A stretch of 64,000 bases of DNA. Origin: an uncultured Planctomycetia bacterium. Lineage in GTDB: Bacteria > Omnitrophota > Gorgyraeia > Pluralincolimonadales > Pluralincolimonadaceae. Made by a program: the position numbers and the translations under genes. Under the pieces are notes generated by a model. That model was not told the DNA's origin, ran no database searches, and saw nothing but the letters and a program-made list of their open reading frames with translations. Positions 63,435 to 64,000 of the stretch are shown piece after piece. The stretch lies in contig CAZYUB010000005.1 in NCBI GenBank assembly GCA_964650515.1, positions 12,304 to 76,303 on the forward strand, written 5' to 3'. Position 1 is the stretch's first letter; every line of letters starts with the position of its first letter.

Positions 63435-64000
63435 ATGAAGATACATCCTACAGCGATCGTAGATAAAAAGGCAGAGTTGGCCGGCTCGGTTGAAGTCGGC
63501 CCTTATGCTTTTATTGGCCCCGACGTGAAGATCGGCGACGGGACCGTCGTGGGCGCGCACGCCGTAATAGACGGCTATACGTCCATAGGCAGGAACAACA
63601 GGATATTCACCGGCGCCGTCATCGGCTCGATAACCCAGGACCTGAAGTTCAAGGGCGAGCGGAGCTTCGTGAAGATCGGCGACGGCAACATAATACGAGA
63701 ATACGTCACGGTCAACATGGGCACCGACAGGGACACATCCACCGTCGTGGGCAATAACGTGCTGCTGATGGCCTATTCGCACGTCGCGCATGACTGTATC
63801 GTAAAAGACGGCGCTATACTAGCAAACTGTGTCGCGCTTGCGGGCTATGTAACGATAGAAGAGAAGGCGGTCATAGGCGGCCTCAGCGGCGTGCACCAGT
63901 TCGTCCGAATAGGGCGGCTCGCGATAATCGGCGGCTGTTCCAAGGCGACGCAGGATGTAGTGCCGTTCTCGAACTGCGACGGGCACCCGTTGAAGATATA
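63435..64000 (+). CDS. lpxA: Acyl-ACP--UDP-GlcNAc O-acyltransferase, N-terminal part. It runs off the window end and is not in the ORF track.
   Basis: ATG at 63435. The product MKIHPTAIVDKKAELAGSVEVGPYAFIGPDVKIGDGTVVGAHAVIDG... carries hexapeptide repeats. Canonical position after fabZ. Confidence 0.8.
   Translation, partial: MKIHPTAIVDKKAELAGSVEVGPYAFIGPDVKIGDGTVVGAHAVIDGYTSIGRNNRIFTGAVIGSITQDLKFKGERSFVKIGDGNIIREYVTVNMGTDRDTSTVVGNNVLLMAYSHVAHDCIVKDGAILANCVALAGYVTIEEKAVIGGLSGVHQFVRIGRLAIIGGCSKATQDVVPFSNCDGHPLKI

Noticed and set aside
1-64000. A search for a CRISPR array, an insertion sequence or transposon, and a prophage integrase next to tRNA-Gln.
   Set aside because: I saw no short regularly spaced direct repeats, no transposase/integrase/recombinase-like translation in any frame, and no terminal inverted repeats. 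The tRNA-Gln is flanked by housekeeping genes (spoVG, clpX). The only repeats found are the protein-level paralog array (17.6-21.5 kb) and the 16-bp LacI operator pair.

Overview
This is a 64 kb window from a GC-rich (about 60%) bacterium that appears to be a diderm (BamA, Skp, LpxD/LpxC-FabZ/LpxA, PEP-CTERM proteins). I could not run any searches, so every call rests on motifs read directly from the six-frame translations and the DNA. Almost all real genes are on the + strand. The only convincing minus-strand gene is a PpiD-like PPIase (41742..43169). The many long minus-strand ORFs are antisense artefacts of high GC.

Bases 1-28,640 form a polysaccharide-utilisation locus:
- a glycosidase C-terminal fragment, a GH130 mannoside-phosphorylase-like gene and a ROK sugar kinase;
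- a 943-aa GH5-like enzyme carrying the same CBM-like module at both ends;
- two PEP-CTERM proteins, a GspK-like pseudopilin fused to a LamG lectin domain, and a secreted hypothetical protein;
- a CUT1-type sugar ABC importer (binding protein plus two permeases, no ATPase);
- two LacI regulators whose promoters carry the same 16-bp palindromic operator;
- a 1526-aa GH2 enzyme, a GH94-like phosphorylase and a GH35 beta-galactosidase.

The most unusual element is a family of four paralogous modules of about 300 aa. One is the C-terminal domain of the GH2 giant; three free-standing secreted copies follow immediately (18523..21466). I cannot place the module in a family from sequence alone.

The rest of the window is housekeeping: gltBD, nitroreductase, LamG lipoprotein, dusB, pfk, a STAS protein, a DNA-alkylation repair protein, a deaminase, an ECF sigma/anti-sigma operon with a consensus sigma-E-type promoter, hisG, a 31-aa hyper-basic peptide, a TPR protein, split transketolase, ispE, SpoVG with an inserted zinc ribbon, tRNA-Gln(UUG), clpX, glmU-prs-rplY-pth, rpsF-ssb-rpsR-rplI-dnaB, bamA-skp-lpxD-lpxC/fabZ-lpxA.

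I saw no CRISPR array, transposase, integrase or rRNA.
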